Shown piece by piece: positions 49,609-63,439 of a DNA stretch of 64,000 nt. The position numbers and the translations under genes are program-made. The notes under the pieces were generated by a model. The model made no database searches. It was not told the DNA's origin and saw only the letters and a program-made list of their open reading frames with translations. This DNA is from the human T2T-CHM13v2.0 reference genome, Homo sapiens, in the NCBI RefSeq assembly GCF_009914755.1, contig NC_060925.1. One strand, written 5' to 3'. Within the stretch, counting starts at the first letter, position 1. Each line of letters starts with the position of its first letter.

Positions 49609-51972
49609 AACACCCAGACCCTGCCCTCTTCTAAAGCCATAGGCCAAGGCTCTGGCACAGCAGGTGCTCAGCAAACACAAGCTAAGAAATAAAACATCCA
49701 AGAGCCAGTGAAAACCAGTGCTCACTCAATCAATCTCAATTTCCTAATGGGTATTTCCAATTTTGATATAGAAGCCTCCTACACAGGCACCAAGAGCCAG
49801 TCCCCCTTTGCCCACCTCTTGTCCAGGAGGTGGCTGGTCAGGCAAACCCATACCACAAGTAAGGGAGCCTTTTCCAGGTTTTGTTGTTATCTTGTTCTCA
49901 AGTCATTCAAGAGACTGACTTTCCTGGCAGTGGAAACCTGAAGACCCTTGCAGGAGAAGAGCCACTGCCAGGAGCAAAGCTGTCCCCACACAGATGAGAG
50001 CCTTTGCTAGTCTTGACCTCGGATCTGGAAATAGAAGGGTCTTGTTCATGTTCCCAAGGAAATTGAGGAGAACACTCTTGAGTTAAAACAGGTGCTTCAC
50101 ACAGGGCCCTTTAGAGGAGCTAAAACCAAATGGCTTTCAAGAGAAGAGAACAGTAGTTCAGAGACAAACTTTATCAGACGTTTGGATAGCCCCATCCCCA
50201 GCAGGGACCTGTGGGCCAGGACACTCCCTTTTCCTCAAGATGTAGCTGGGGACTCACTGAAATGTCACAGCCTCTTCAACTTGCAGTTGTGACAAAAACT
50301 CACTGATCTCAGTGGCCCCGTGGCCTCTTACCAGCATTCTGTCTGTACACTCAGCTTCTTCCAGGAAACCAGAGAAAAGGTAAAGGCTTCACTAGAGATC
50401 ATATCAAGCACGGAAATCAGAAAGGGGCTTTGCCACAGATAATTTTGAGGTGAATGCCGGGTGCCTCCCAGGAAGCCACATGCCACTGGAGCCGGAAGAA
50501 ATACAAAAGATACTCATTTAATACCTGAGGAAACTGAAGCCCCAGAGGGAGACACACAGGTATTTTGGCTCATTGGAGAAGCTAATGAGCCCACTCTCCA
50601 CTCCTAATTAGTTGTATCATATTGGACAAGTTGATAACCACTTTGAATATTGGTTTCTTCATCTGTAAAATGGAGTTAATAACGTTGGCTGCACAGGGCT
50701 GCTGTGAGCATCAGACAAGATGAGGCGTGCAGGGGTGGTGCATCTTGGAACGGGAAGTCTCTGCCCAGCTTCCCTCCCCCGCCACCTCCCCACACTGCCT
50801 CGGGGCTCCTGGGGGCTGCAGCTGGCTGGGCATCCTCACTGTGTGGACACTATCCTCTCTCTCCACCCAACTCAGAGGCTGTCAGCTCAGGCAGACCAGG
50901 CAGGCAGGGGACCCCCTCCCGGGATTCCCCACACGGGAGTGTGGCCACCCTGGCCAGTGGGGCTGAGCCCTCTGAGGATGCACAGCTCCTCCCTCTCCTG
51001 CTTGCTCAGAGCCATCTGTTCTTTGTCCCCATAGAGAGGCCAAGTCCCAGAGCCACGGGGAAGATGGCAACTGCTGCTGTAAGGGCTGGGGCTCATGCCT
51101 CCTACCACTTCCTTCCAATCCCACCCTGGCCTGCCCTCATGGGGGCCCCTGGGCCTGTTCCCAGGCTCAACCACGTGTCAGGAGCAAAGCTGGCCCTCAA
51201 GGACCAGGGACACCCTCCCTACCTCCCTCATGCCTACTCCTGGGAGGGGCTGGACAGGACCCATTGTTGTCTGGGTTCTGGGTAGTCAGTGAGTATCTAA
51301 ATGAGAACAATAGCCCCATAGACCATTCTGGAAGAATGTCTTCAGGAAAATCATTGTTCATAGGGACCAGCCGTTCTGCCCCACAGCTCTCCTGGACTCT
51401 GGGCACAGGTGGGGAGGGCCTTGGGGTGTCCTAAGCACTATGCCCTGACCAAACACCAGCTACCTGACTTCTGGGCCCTTCCATTCCCTGCAAATCCCTC
51501 ATTTGAATTGGAAATGACTCCTGCAGAGAAAGCTTCCAGCACAAATAGAGATACCCAGAGCCTGTGGGCAGCCCTGGGGTGGCAACCCACATTCCTACTT
51601 GCAACTTCTGGTGGGACGTAAGCACGAAGCATTATGCCTCAGGATGCTCTAAAGCTTGATGTGGAGACATGGCCTGCCTGACAAGGGATTGGTAAGGAAT
51701 AACTGAATAGCAATTGTATTTTTAAAGCACTTTGCAAAGTGCCACATAAATAACTCCTCGTGTAAGTGATTGTCACATATATAAAATGCTATCGATGGCA
51801 GAAAAAATTATCTCTGGCGGCAGAGACACACATATCTATGCCAGGAAAGCAGGTCTCTGGTAGGGAGGCACCTGTGGTGTACTGAGAAATAAATGTCAGC
51901 AGAGACCTGTCCCTGTTCTTGATCTCCCCATTGCCACATGCAGACCACAGGAGATGTGTTTATGTGTGTGTG

Positions 51973-52271
<299 letters not shown>

Positions 52272-52567
52272 ATTTATGTGTTTTTTAAATCACCAGCAAT
52301 GAAATCCACTTAAAATATTGCAACAGCCCTGATGTGGGGAACTTATGGTGACATAGATCGCACTGATTACTGCCTTTGATTCTTTGAAGAGTGTGAGAGA
52401 CTAAAGCAGAACTATTATTTTTCAATCTTATCTGTGTTTGCTAGTTTTCTTACTCACTCCACATCTATAGAGGCTTCTAAAGGGGAGTAATCCTTCCACT
52501 AATAGCATGGCATTTGTATTCATTAGACAATTTATTTAACACAAGGCAGCTTTTAAAGGCCAAACAA

Positions 52568-54151
52568 GGCCAAGCACCTTGGCTCACACCTGTAATCCCA
52601 GCACTTTGGGAGGCCAAAGCAGGTGGATCACTGGAGCTCAGGAGTTTGAGACCTAAAGACTCCTCCAGAAAGCTCCTAGAACTGATAAAAGAATTCAGCA
52701 AAGTTTCTGGATGCAAGATTAATGTACACAAATCAGTAGCTCTTCTACACACCAACGGCGACCAAGCGGAGAATCAAATCAAGAATTCAATCCTTTACAA
52801 TAGCTGTGAAAATAAAATAAAATAAAATACTTAGGAATATACCTAACCAAGGAGTCAAAAGACCTCTACAAGAAAAACTACAAAACACTGCTGAAAGAAA
52901 TCATAGATGACACAAACAAATGGAAATATATCCCGTGCTCATGGATGGGTAGAATCAATATTGTGAAAATGACCATACTGCCAAAAGCAATCTACAAATT
53001 CAATGCAATTCCCATCAAAATACCACCATTGTTCTTCACAGAATTAGAAAATACAATTCTAAAATTCACATAGAACCAAAAAAGATCCTGCTTAGCCAAA
53101 GCAAGACTAAGCAAAAAGAACAAATCTGGAGGTATCACACTACCTGTTTTCAAACTATCTTATAAGGCCATAGTCACCAAAACAGCATGGTACTGGTATA
53201 AAAATAGGTGCGTAGACCAATGGAACAGAATAGAGAATCCAGAAATAAACCCAAATACTTATAGCCAACTGATCTTTGACAAAGCAAACAAAAACACAAA
53301 GTGGGGAAAGGACACCCTTTTCAACAAATGGGGCTGGCATAATTGGCTAGCCACGTGTAGGAGACTGAAACTGGATCCTCATATCTCACCTTACACAAAA
53401 ATCAACTCAAAATGGATTAAGGACTTAAGCCCAAGACCTGAAACTATAAAAATTCTAGAAGATAACACTGGAAAACCCTTCCAGACATTGACTTAGGCAA
53501 GGATTTCATGACCAAGAACTCAAAAGCAAATGCAATAAAAACAAAGATAAACAGCTGGGACCTAATTAAACTAAAGAGCTTTTGCAAGGCAAAAGGAACA
53601 GTCAGCAGAGTAAATAGACAACCCACAGAGTGGGAGAAAATCTTTATAATCTATACATCTGACAAAGGAATAATATCCAGAATCTACAACGAACTCAAAT
53701 AAATCAGTAAGAAAAAAACAAACAATCCCATCAAAAAGTGGGCTAAGGACATGAATGGACAATTATCAAAAGAAGATATACAAATGGCCAACAAACATAT
53801 GAAAAATGCTCAACATCACTAATGATCGGGGAAATGCAAATCAAAACCACCATGAAATACCACCTTACTCCTGCAAGAATGGCCATAAAAAAAAAAATCA
53901 AAAAACAGTAGATGTTGGCATGGAATTCGAGTCCTGCCTGGGCAACATGGTGAAACCCCATCTCTACAAAAAACAAACCAAAAAAATTAGCTGGGCATGG
54001 TGGTGCATGCCCAAGTAGTTCCAGCTACTTGGGAGGCTGAGGTGGGAGGACCAACTGAGCCCAGGGAGGTTGAGGTTGCAGTGAACCATGATTGCACCAC
54101 TGCACCCTAACCTGGGTGACAGAGTGAGTCACCGTCTCAAAAAAAAAAAAA
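52568..54151 (+). mobile_element. AluJ split in its left arm by an L1 fragment (pieces 52568-52653 and 53922-54151)
   Basis: The Alu stops at GGAGTTTGAGACC and resumes at GGAATTCGAGTCC TGCCTGGGCAACATGG. Confidence 0.88.
52654..53921 (+). mobile_element. L1PB-like internal ORF2 fragment (no 3' UTR, no poly-A; disrupted)
   Basis: ORF2 peptides [27 protein letters not shown] and [30 protein letters not shown]; L1PB-type ACCTTACTCCTGCAAGAATGGCC. Confidence 0.93.
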
Positions 54152-54911
54152 GGTAGTGGATTGAACACATGGATCTAATATTCTTCCTTCACTAAACCCG
54201 ACTAAAACTACAGTAGAGGATTTTTTCCAAATTAAAAAAAAAAAAAAAAGGAAGCTGGAAAAAAGATGGACAGGTGGTAACTACCTTCTAAGCAGTCGTA
54301 AGGAAAACGAATCTGGCCATCCTCAGGCCATATCTCACAGGGACCCAAAAACAGTTATTTCCCATCCTGCTACCCTAGACACTGTCCCTTTGGATGACCA
54401 CTGCCCAAGAGTCACTTGAGGGCAGCTTCTCCCTGTGGATGTGGCTCACTCTGTCCGGTGTCTCCCATGAGAAAGCCGGGAGACCCTTTACTCTACTCTT
54501 TCCAGGTGCTCCCAAAGCCATGACAACTCAAGAGGTCAACAACTCAAGACGACACCCCGTTCCTTTCCATCCTCATTGAGCCATCTCTGGGAGAGAGAAG
54601 GCCCTCCACTTCTTGGCATCACACTCCCAGTGCCTTTGCCACACTGTCCCTCCTAAGGGCAACTCTCTGTTTCCACCACTGGGCCAAGGAAGGGGACAAG
54701 TGCGAGGCCAGCACCTTCTTTCCCAGAACCAACATCCAGCCTGACACCCTGAAGTCCCCTTCCTCCATGTGTACCTTTAGAAGAAGGAACTTGTGCAAAA
54801 GCCTGCTGTGAAGCACCCCCACCTCCCAGAAGACCAGAGCTCAGGCCCAGGCTCCCCTTCACTGAGCACTATTGGCCCCAATATGAGCCCCTACTCCTTA
54901 TGCAAGCTGTA

Positions 54912-55206
54912 TTTTTTTTTTCTTTTTGGAGATAGGGCCTCACTCTGTCACAAGGTTGACTGTAGTGGTGCTATCATAGCTCACTGTAGCCTCAACCTCC
55001 TGGAACCAAGCAATTCTCTTACCCCAGCCTCCCAAGAAGCTGGGACTACAGACATGTGCCACCACACCCAGCTACGTTTTAAATTTTTATGGAGATGGGA
55101 TCTTACTATGTTGCCCAGCCTGGTCTCAAATTCCTAGCCTCAAGCGATCTTCCTGCCTCAGCCTCCCGAGTCTCTAGGATTACAGACACGAGTCACCATG
55201 CCCAGC
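54912..55206 (-). mobile_element. AluJ
   Basis: Full antisense Alu, diverged. Confidence 0.92.
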
Positions 55207-55590
55207 ATAAGTCATATTTTTAAAATCTTCTACAGGTGTTAGGGAATTGAGGAATAGATTGTGTCTAGCTTGTTTGCATTTACAATGATTATATTTGGTG
55301 AATTAGATGTAAAAGAGCCCCTCCTTACACAATATTTTTTAAATGTAATAGAATTCACTTTAAGATGTTTTAAATTTTCATTTCTAGTGGAGCTCTAGGC
55401 AATTGAATTCTTCAGCAGTCTACCATCTCTTAGTTTTTATCAGGTTCTGAGAAAAATGAAAAAAAAAATCAGAGTAGAAGATGTCATCAACATTACCATG
55501 ACAAAGAAAGTTTTATTTTTCTGGACTAAGTGCCTTCTAATGTCAAAAAGAGAAAGAAAATGTTATTTTTAAAGAACAAAAACATTTCTA

Positions 55591-56607
<1,017 letters not shown>

Positions 56608-57504
56608 TAAGGAAACTGAACTTCCGCCCAGACAAAGAAAGACTTTTCTGTCCTTTCAGATACTCCTTTATTTCTTGAGTCAAAGTGCAAACTTCCAGAA
56701 ATCGGTTTCTCTGCCAAGGTATGTCAGAGTCCTAAGCACCCGAGCCTTGTTGCTGAATGGCATCAGGATCAAAGGCCTGTGACAGTCTAACTATCCTTGT
56801 TGTGCTTTCTCGAGAGGCCTATTCTAACACCTTTTTGTTTGTCCAACAGTGAGACTGAGAAGCACTTTCTAAACTTTAATTAGGCTGCTCTCCTGGGATT
56901 CTGTGCTCAGAGAGTCCTTCCCTGGCCTACAGCAGACAGGCTGCCCCTCTGGGCTTAGTCGGTGCCCTGGGTCCCCCAGAACACCCTTTTCTCATCCTTT
57001 CTGGGCACACAGAAACCTCCCAGATCATCCATGCCCAGTAGTTACCAAATGGGGCCCTAGCGGACCCCCCTACTTTGAGCCCCCCACCCTTTTAAGTACT
57101 CCACGTACCGCAGATGAAGCTGCCACAGTTGCCAGCACGTCAGCACAGGAACCGCCGCAGTCTGTCCCCCTTCCCCACACATCCCACTTTGACTCTCCAT
57201 GTCGCCAGCTCCCGTTAAACTGGGCTCTTCACATCACTCCTGGGTTCTGCCTTTTCCATCTGACTACGTGGTGACCATCTATTCAGCTCAGGCCCTGGCC
57301 CCCTCAGACTCCGTTTCCACTGTTTGCTTATTGTCTCCCCTGCACCCCGGCCTCACAGGGTACCCCCACAGCTGTGCAGCCATCCACAGGCCCTTCCCAT
57401 CTAGAGAGGGAAGCCGACAATGGAATCCCATTGGGGAGAGCCAGAAGGAGCATCCATAAAGTGCTAGACACTTGGCAATTGTCACTTAATCCTCACAACA
57501 ACTT

Positions 57505-57730
57505 GTAATTTATTTATCCTCCACTTTATTCCAGAAATGGGTTAAGAAGCCTTATGAGACTACATAAAAGACCAACTTAGCATGAATTAAAAGCAGAAGC
57601 AAAAGAAGAAAGAGAAATAACAGGGCACATAAACCAAAATTAAAGAGCAAAATGTGCTACATAAATTCTTCGCTGTGTGTGGCTGTAACTTTGTCTCTGA
57701 TATCCCCTTGCAGCCAAGAAGGGAAGGGGA
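57505..57730 (-). mobile_element. Possible L4 (RTE-X) 3' fragment inside a MIR
   Basis: TTTATTTATCCTCCACTTTATTCCAGAAATGGGTTAAGAAGCCTTA resembles the L4 end; MIR halves flank it (57460-57503, 57745-57860). Confidence 0.4.
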
Positions 57731-57876
57731 GCCTGAGCGGTGCCGGAAGGCAGGTATTACCATTTCTGCTTTACAGGTGAAGAAGTAGGCCAGAGGTTGA
57801 GGGGTTTGCCCAGGGTCGCACAGCTGAGAGGTGGCAGATGAGACTTAAATCTAGGCCTACCCAGACAGAAGGCACT

Positions 57877-58021
57877 GTTTTTTGGGTTTTGTTTGTTTGT
57901 TTTGGTAGAGGCAGATCTTGCTATGTTGTCCAGGCTGGTCTCGAGCTCCTGGCTTCAAGCAATCCTCCCTCCTCAGCCTCCTAAAGTGCTAGGATTCCAG
58001 GCATGCACCACTGCACCCAGT
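57877..58021 (-). mobile_element. FLAM/Alu left monomer
   Basis: GTAGAGGCAGATCTTGCTATGTTG...CACCACTGCACCCAG; AAGGCAC flanks. Confidence 0.85.
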
Positions 58022-59057
58022 CTCCAAAGGCACCTTCTAAGTCTTGTATTCATATTTAGGCTCTCCTGAGATCTGTCCCAGGGGCGCATCTCCAGTGTTC
58101 TTCTAGGACCAGAACTTTCTCCTGAATGAGAGGTATCCATCAGCTGCCATGGCTCTTCTCCAGCCACTGTGGCATCACCTGGACAATGCAATGGGCTTGT
58201 CTCTCCTGGGATTGTGGACAGTGACAGTGGCTGTGAGGGAAGTGGGCTGTTATGGCGGCTCTGTCCTAGTCAGAGCAGAAACCAATCAACCTTTGGTTAA
58301 GGCAGGGCCAAGGGAGGGAGAGATAAAGGGGAGGTCCTTCAAGACATCCACACTTCTGTGTAACGGCCCTGCTCCCTGCTCCATCCAAAGGCAGCATACA
58401 ACTAATAGACTTGTCATCTCGGGCGATAACATTAGCCTCATCATTACCATTTTACTAAATAAGTCATTTCAAATTAATTACCTTGCACTCTTTCAAATTA
58501 GCTCTGGTTGACTCCTCCATTCCTACTGATTATCACATTGGCAGAATTCATTAGTCCTGTAGATAAACTGAAGTGGTTGTGTGTGCACTGGGTATATAGA
58601 TGAGCTCTTCCTCCCTGACACACGTGCCAGGGAGCCCAAGTGCATCCAGGAGGCTCCAGTCTGCAGTTGGGCAGCATGGCCGTGGGCCCATTGGTGACAT
58701 CTCCCAAGTCTGGGACCCGTCAACTCTAGTCATTACCCTCGAAGGTTGCAGCATCCTATGAACAGCCTTGTCACTAGTTGGCTTTGTCCTTTGCCTCCCT
58801 CTTGGGTTCCATGAGAAAATCATGTGAATGAACATATCAATTGCTTTCTTCTCTATTTGAGGGTCTCAAAGAAGAGCCGGAGATCTGAGGGAAGGGGATA
58901 AGGGGAGGCACGCATCTTGAGCACCTCACTTTAACCTCTCTAAGCCTCAACTTCCTCAGCGGTCAGTGGGAATGATGGTATCTACCTCATAGGATTATTG
59001 TGAGGACTACCATTTGCAGTGTTGATAGCTAATTAAAAAAAAAAAACAAAAAAAAAC

Positions 59058-59189
59058 AGAGATAGGGTCTCACTATGTTGCCCAGACTTGTCTTAACTCC
59101 TGGGCTCACACTTGAGTTGAGCCCAGCGACCTGCTCATTTTAGCCTCCCAAAGTGCTGGGATTACAGGCATGATCCACCATGCCTGACC
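59058..59189 (-). mobile_element. FLAM/Alu left monomer with an internal inverted insertion
   Basis: AGAGATAGGGTCTCACTATGTTGCCCAG...GATTACAGGCATGATCCACCATGCCTGACC. Confidence 0.85.
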
Positions 59190-59430
59190 AGTAGCTACAT
59201 TTTAATGGCATATTTACCATATTCTGGACACTGTTCTGAACACATAGACCAATTTACTTAATCTTGACTATAACTCTGTGAGGTAGGTACAATAATTATT
59301 CCCATCTTCATATGAGAAAACTTAGGGACAGGAAGGTCAAAAATAGCCAGTTGGCCCATGGCCACACAGCCAGTGAGTGGCAGAGATAGACTCTGAAGCT
59401 AGAAGGTCACCTTTACAACCCTGCTCCTAG
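59190..59430 (-). mobile_element. MIR
   Basis: TTTACTTAATCTTGACTATAACTCTGTGAGGTAGGTAC...GGCCACACAGCCAGTGAGTGGCAGAG. Confidence 0.7.
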
Positions 59431-59615
59431 CAGTTAAGCTTTGTGGATTAAATGAGATAATGTATAAAACATTTAGTAGACATTCTGGCACTTAGGAAAA
59501 CTCAATAATCGTTAGCTATTATTGTGGTTAATTATGCATAATAAAAATAGTAGGATGGAGACAAAGGCCAAACAGGGGTAAAAACACAAAAGTTTTTGAT
59601 TGGAAGAGACCTTGA

Positions 59616-60173
59616 TGATGCAGGGCAGGTGAGCCTCATTTTTGGGCTTAGCCCAGGAGGGCTCTTGGCTTCTCTCAGGAAAGCATTCAAGAGCAAGCCG
59701 GCAGTAGAAGACAGCAGGTTGACTGGAGAAGCAGCAGTGTATAGTGGCTGCTCCCTGTGGAGTGGGGTTAACCCATAGGGAGTGCACTTAGAGTAGCAGC
59801 ACATGGACTGTTGGCTGGCAATGTTTAAAGTTACTTCTTGATTACATGCTAAATATGTGGTGAACTATTCATGAGTTTTCCAGGAAAGGGGTGGAAAGTT
59901 TTCCAGAGTCCTCCCCCTTTTAGACCATGTGCAATAATTTCCAGAAGTTGCCATGGCATTTGTAAACGGTCCTAGTGCTGGTGGGAGTTTCCTCCAGCAT
60001 GCTAATGCATTATAATTAGCATATAATGAGCAGTGAGGAGAACCAGAGGTCGCTTTCATCACCGTCTTGATTCTGGATAGTCTCAGCTGCCTCCTTCACT
60101 GCATTCTGTTTTATCAGCAGGGGTCTTTGTGACCTGAGCCTTGAGAAACAAGTTCTGCCAAATCCCTATCTCA
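59616..60173 (-). mobile_element. ERV1 solo LTR (MER66-like)
   Basis: TGATGCAGGGCAGGTGAGCC...GGGCTTAGCCCAGGAGGG; GTTGCCATGGCATTTGTAAAC; ends CCTATCTCA. Confidence 0.7.
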
Positions 60174-60849
60174 TTACACCCTAGGCTCCTAGCTTTATGG
60201 GCTTCCCACTTTTGCCCAAGACATCCCTGTTGAAAGAGGTCATAGTCTTGAATCCCATTTCAGAAGGTGCTCCCTTCATAGACACTAGTAATTTTCCCAA
60301 ACACAGATTATTAGTTTTGGAGAGCTAGAAAGGATGCTGAATGACCATCTAACCCAACTCCCCTCACATTACAGATGAGGAAACTGAGGCCTGGAAAAGT
60401 CACTGAGCAAGTGAGAAGAGAGCCCGGCAGGGAGCCTGAGTTCCCTGACAGTTCAGAGTTTTTTCTCCACAGCATGCTAGAAATCCTACACTCTTATTTG
60501 CATGTTGCTTTCCATAAATTTGCATGTTGGTCTCCAAAGACTCAGTATGTGAAACAAAATAAAAGAATGTGGGCACTGAATTTAAACTTAATAATCAACA
60601 CTCTTGAAATGCAGAACAGAGCCCCGGGCTTCAAGGAAGGGAAGACAGGAGTTGGGATGCAGCCTCTCTCGGTGCACAGGTAGGCAGGTCTTTATGATGG
60701 AGGGAGCCAATCACCTCGGTGGCCAGCATGACCCAGGAGCTGCTACAGGAGCCACCAGAGGAAGCCCTCCACAAAGCCCACCCAGAACTAGAACACAGGT
60801 CCATGACACAAGTTCTCTGAGAGCAGCCTTCATGGGCACTGAGGCCCAG

Positions 60850-60932
60850 AGAGGTGAAGGGACTTCCCTAAGTTGAACAGTCAACTTAGGGAACTTAGAG
60901 GTGAAGGGACTTCCCTAAGTTGAACAGTCAAC
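60850..60932. repeat. Perfect 36-bp direct duplication with an 11-bp templated spacer
   Basis: AGAGGTGAAGGGACTTCCCTAAGTTGAACAGTCAAC at 60850-60885 and 60897-60932. Confidence 0.97.
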
Positions 60933-61908
60933 AACAGAGCCTGGACCACGATCCACACCTCCTAACTCCCAGCTCTACAAATTGTTGCCATCTTCAGGTT
61001 GAAGCTACCTCAAGGCTCTACTGAAGCACACTCTCCTCCCTAGCTGGACAGGAGGAGCCTCAGGATAGCCACTAAGCCTCCCGTATTGGCTCAAATCTGT
61101 TTCTCCTTGGAAAACCCAGAGGCCAGGAGCAGACAATCTCAAGGACAGTAGGTGCTGGGGCTGTAAGGACACATCCTGGGTGGTCCCCGGGAGCATGTCG
61201 CTGGGGCACATAGGCCCTAATCCTGGTCTGCTTGGTCTGGCGTGATAGGAAGTGAGGCAGGGGGAGGGAGAGAAGTAAAAATACCCACTGAAGCACAAAT
61301 GGGGAAAAAAGCCAATGAAGCAGCCACAGCCCTGGCTGGGGGAAGAACAGCCAGGACTGGGGCTCTGGGAGTAGGCAGCTCTCTCCTCTGGGGCCCCAGT
61401 AGGAGCAGAGATGACAGAGGAACACAAGGCTGGGCTGTGCCCTTCCCCAGCTGGCAAAAGAGATCCAGGGAAGCTGACCTCAGAGATGTGCTAAAGAGAG
61501 GCTGGACTGGGGACGTGGGGACACCAAGAACTCAGTAGAGGCTCTTCTCCTTCTTGAAAACAAAAACTGAGGTCACAGTCAGCCTGGAAGATGCACCCTT
61601 CAGTCTGCAGTGGCTTGGCTTTGCAGATACTTGGCTGAATACAAGGAACTTACTGATTAATTCCATGCAAAGCCTTGCCCGTTGCAGACTTCAGGGAAAT
61701 GGTTCCTTCTCCAGAGAGGGTAAGAGACAGGATAGAAAAACCATCTTTCCAGAAGGGACTGAAGTTGTGCCTGGGGTGGGCAGATGGGACTTCACTGGCT
61801 CAAGTCCAGGGCCCTGCAGGCCCTTCCTCTCTGGTCCAGGGCCCTGGTCTTCTCTCTCTTCCAGACTGGGAGGCTCAGACTGCACAGGACATAATTGGGG
61901 TTTTAGCA

Positions 61909-62464
61909 TGTTGGAAAGAAGTAAAGAAACTCTTCCTTTTCCCTTCTGTAGTGGGTGTGGGAGGTATAAGGAGGAAATAATTTTTTCTCTACCCTTAAAA
62001 CTCTGTAACAAAAGACAGATTAACAGGAAAAAAACAAACACAAGTTTATTAACATGTGTACCTGGTAGATAACCAGGGAAAACAGGAAATCTCCAAGAGG
62101 TGGCTTTGAATTCAGATTTAAATATCATCTTCAGCTGACACAAAGAAAGAAGGATATGGAGGGGGCAGTGATGGGGGGGAGGTAACCAGGAAATCAGGGT
62201 AAACAAGGCTGAAGTATGTTATGCAGATTTAATGTGGTACCTTCTCCATTGATAAGAGTCTCTAGTGATTTAATAGAATGTTTTTCTTTCTGCAACAGAG
62301 AGGGAGACACCCTTACAAATGGAGATTTTCTTTATAGATATAAATTTTTCTTACAAAAGAATAACTTTTACTCTGTTTTCAGGGCTTTTCCTGTGGCTGC
62401 TGAATCTTAAAATAATCCTCGTGCCAGAGGCATATTTTGGGATGGCATATTCTGCTCTGCTACA
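61909..62464 (-). mobile_element. ERV1 solo LTR (MER67/MER90-group-like)
   Basis: ACAAAAGACAGATTAACAGGA; ends GGCATATTTTGGGATGGCATATTCTGCTCTGCTACA. Confidence 0.65.
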
Positions 62465-62565
62465 AAGGGGATGTTGGCAGTGTGGTTAGATAATTTTTAG
62501 AGGATGAAGAAGGAGGAAAGGAGGGCACAGGTTGAAGAAGTAGCCCCAGCAAAGGTGTGGGCACA

Positions 62566-63430
62566 TGTCTTAGTCCATTTTGTGCTGCTATAACAAAATA
62601 CTGGGTAATTTGTGAAGAAGAGAGATGTATTTCTTATGGTTCTGGAGGCTGAGAAGTCCAAGATCAAGCATCTGCATCTGGTTAGAACCTTCTTGCCATG
62701 TTGTGTCATAACATGGCAGAAGACATCACATGGTGAGAGAGTGTGCCAGAAAGGGCAAGAGGAGACTTACCTCATTTTTGTAACAAACTCACTCCCAAGA
62801 TAATGACAATCTGTAAGCAGATAGGGAGGGTCTTCAGGGACCATAGAAATCCATCTAGTTTGAGAAATCCACCTGCTTTACAGCTTCCTATCTTATAGTC
62901 TGATGTTTTCAAGCCCTGTGTGGAATGTGGTCTCCTAGTCAGCTGAAACCAGCTCCTGACAGAGACCAGCAACTTCCAGATGGATCAGAGTAAACTTTCT
63001 TCATTGCCATACTAAATTCTACACCTCAGGAGGATGTATAGCTTCATTATCATAACATATGGCCTAGTGCCAGCGTGATGACTCACTGCACCTACGCCAG
63101 TGAGACCCTCCTCTACATACGATGATGCATCTTCTCCCCTGTCCATTGCCCCATTAAACCCTCCTGTCACTTTCCCTTGGGAGCACTGCTTTGGAGAATC
63201 CTCTTCCTACCTGTGACAAACAATTAAATTCCTATTGATCAAAACCTGCATTCTCGTGGAGAGTCATTTGGTACTTGCCAGGCAAATGGACCCCAGTTTT
63301 TTGAGTAAAAAATCCATTCATGAGGGCTCTGCCATTAACACCTCCCATTAGGATCCACCTCCCAACACTGTTGCATTGGGGATTAAGTTTCCAACACATG
63401 AATTTGGGGGGACACATTCAAACCATAGCA
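62566..63430 (-). mobile_element. MSTD/MLT1A-like solo LTR (outer)
   Basis: TGTCTTAGTCCATTT...GGACACATTCAAACCATAGCA; 5-bp TSD GCACA. Confidence 0.85.
62812..63310 (+). mobile_element. ERV1-class solo LTR nested in the MST LTR (MER83/84-like, uncertain)
   Basis: Starts TGTAAGCAGATAGGGAGGGTC; 4-bp TSD AATC on both sides; ATTAAA signals. Confidence 0.7.
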
Positions 63431-63439
63431 GCACATTGG

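Noticed and set aside
52514-53762. ORFs with clear L1 ORF2 similarity
   Set aside because: They are fragments of a dead L1 with stops and frameshifts, not a host gene.
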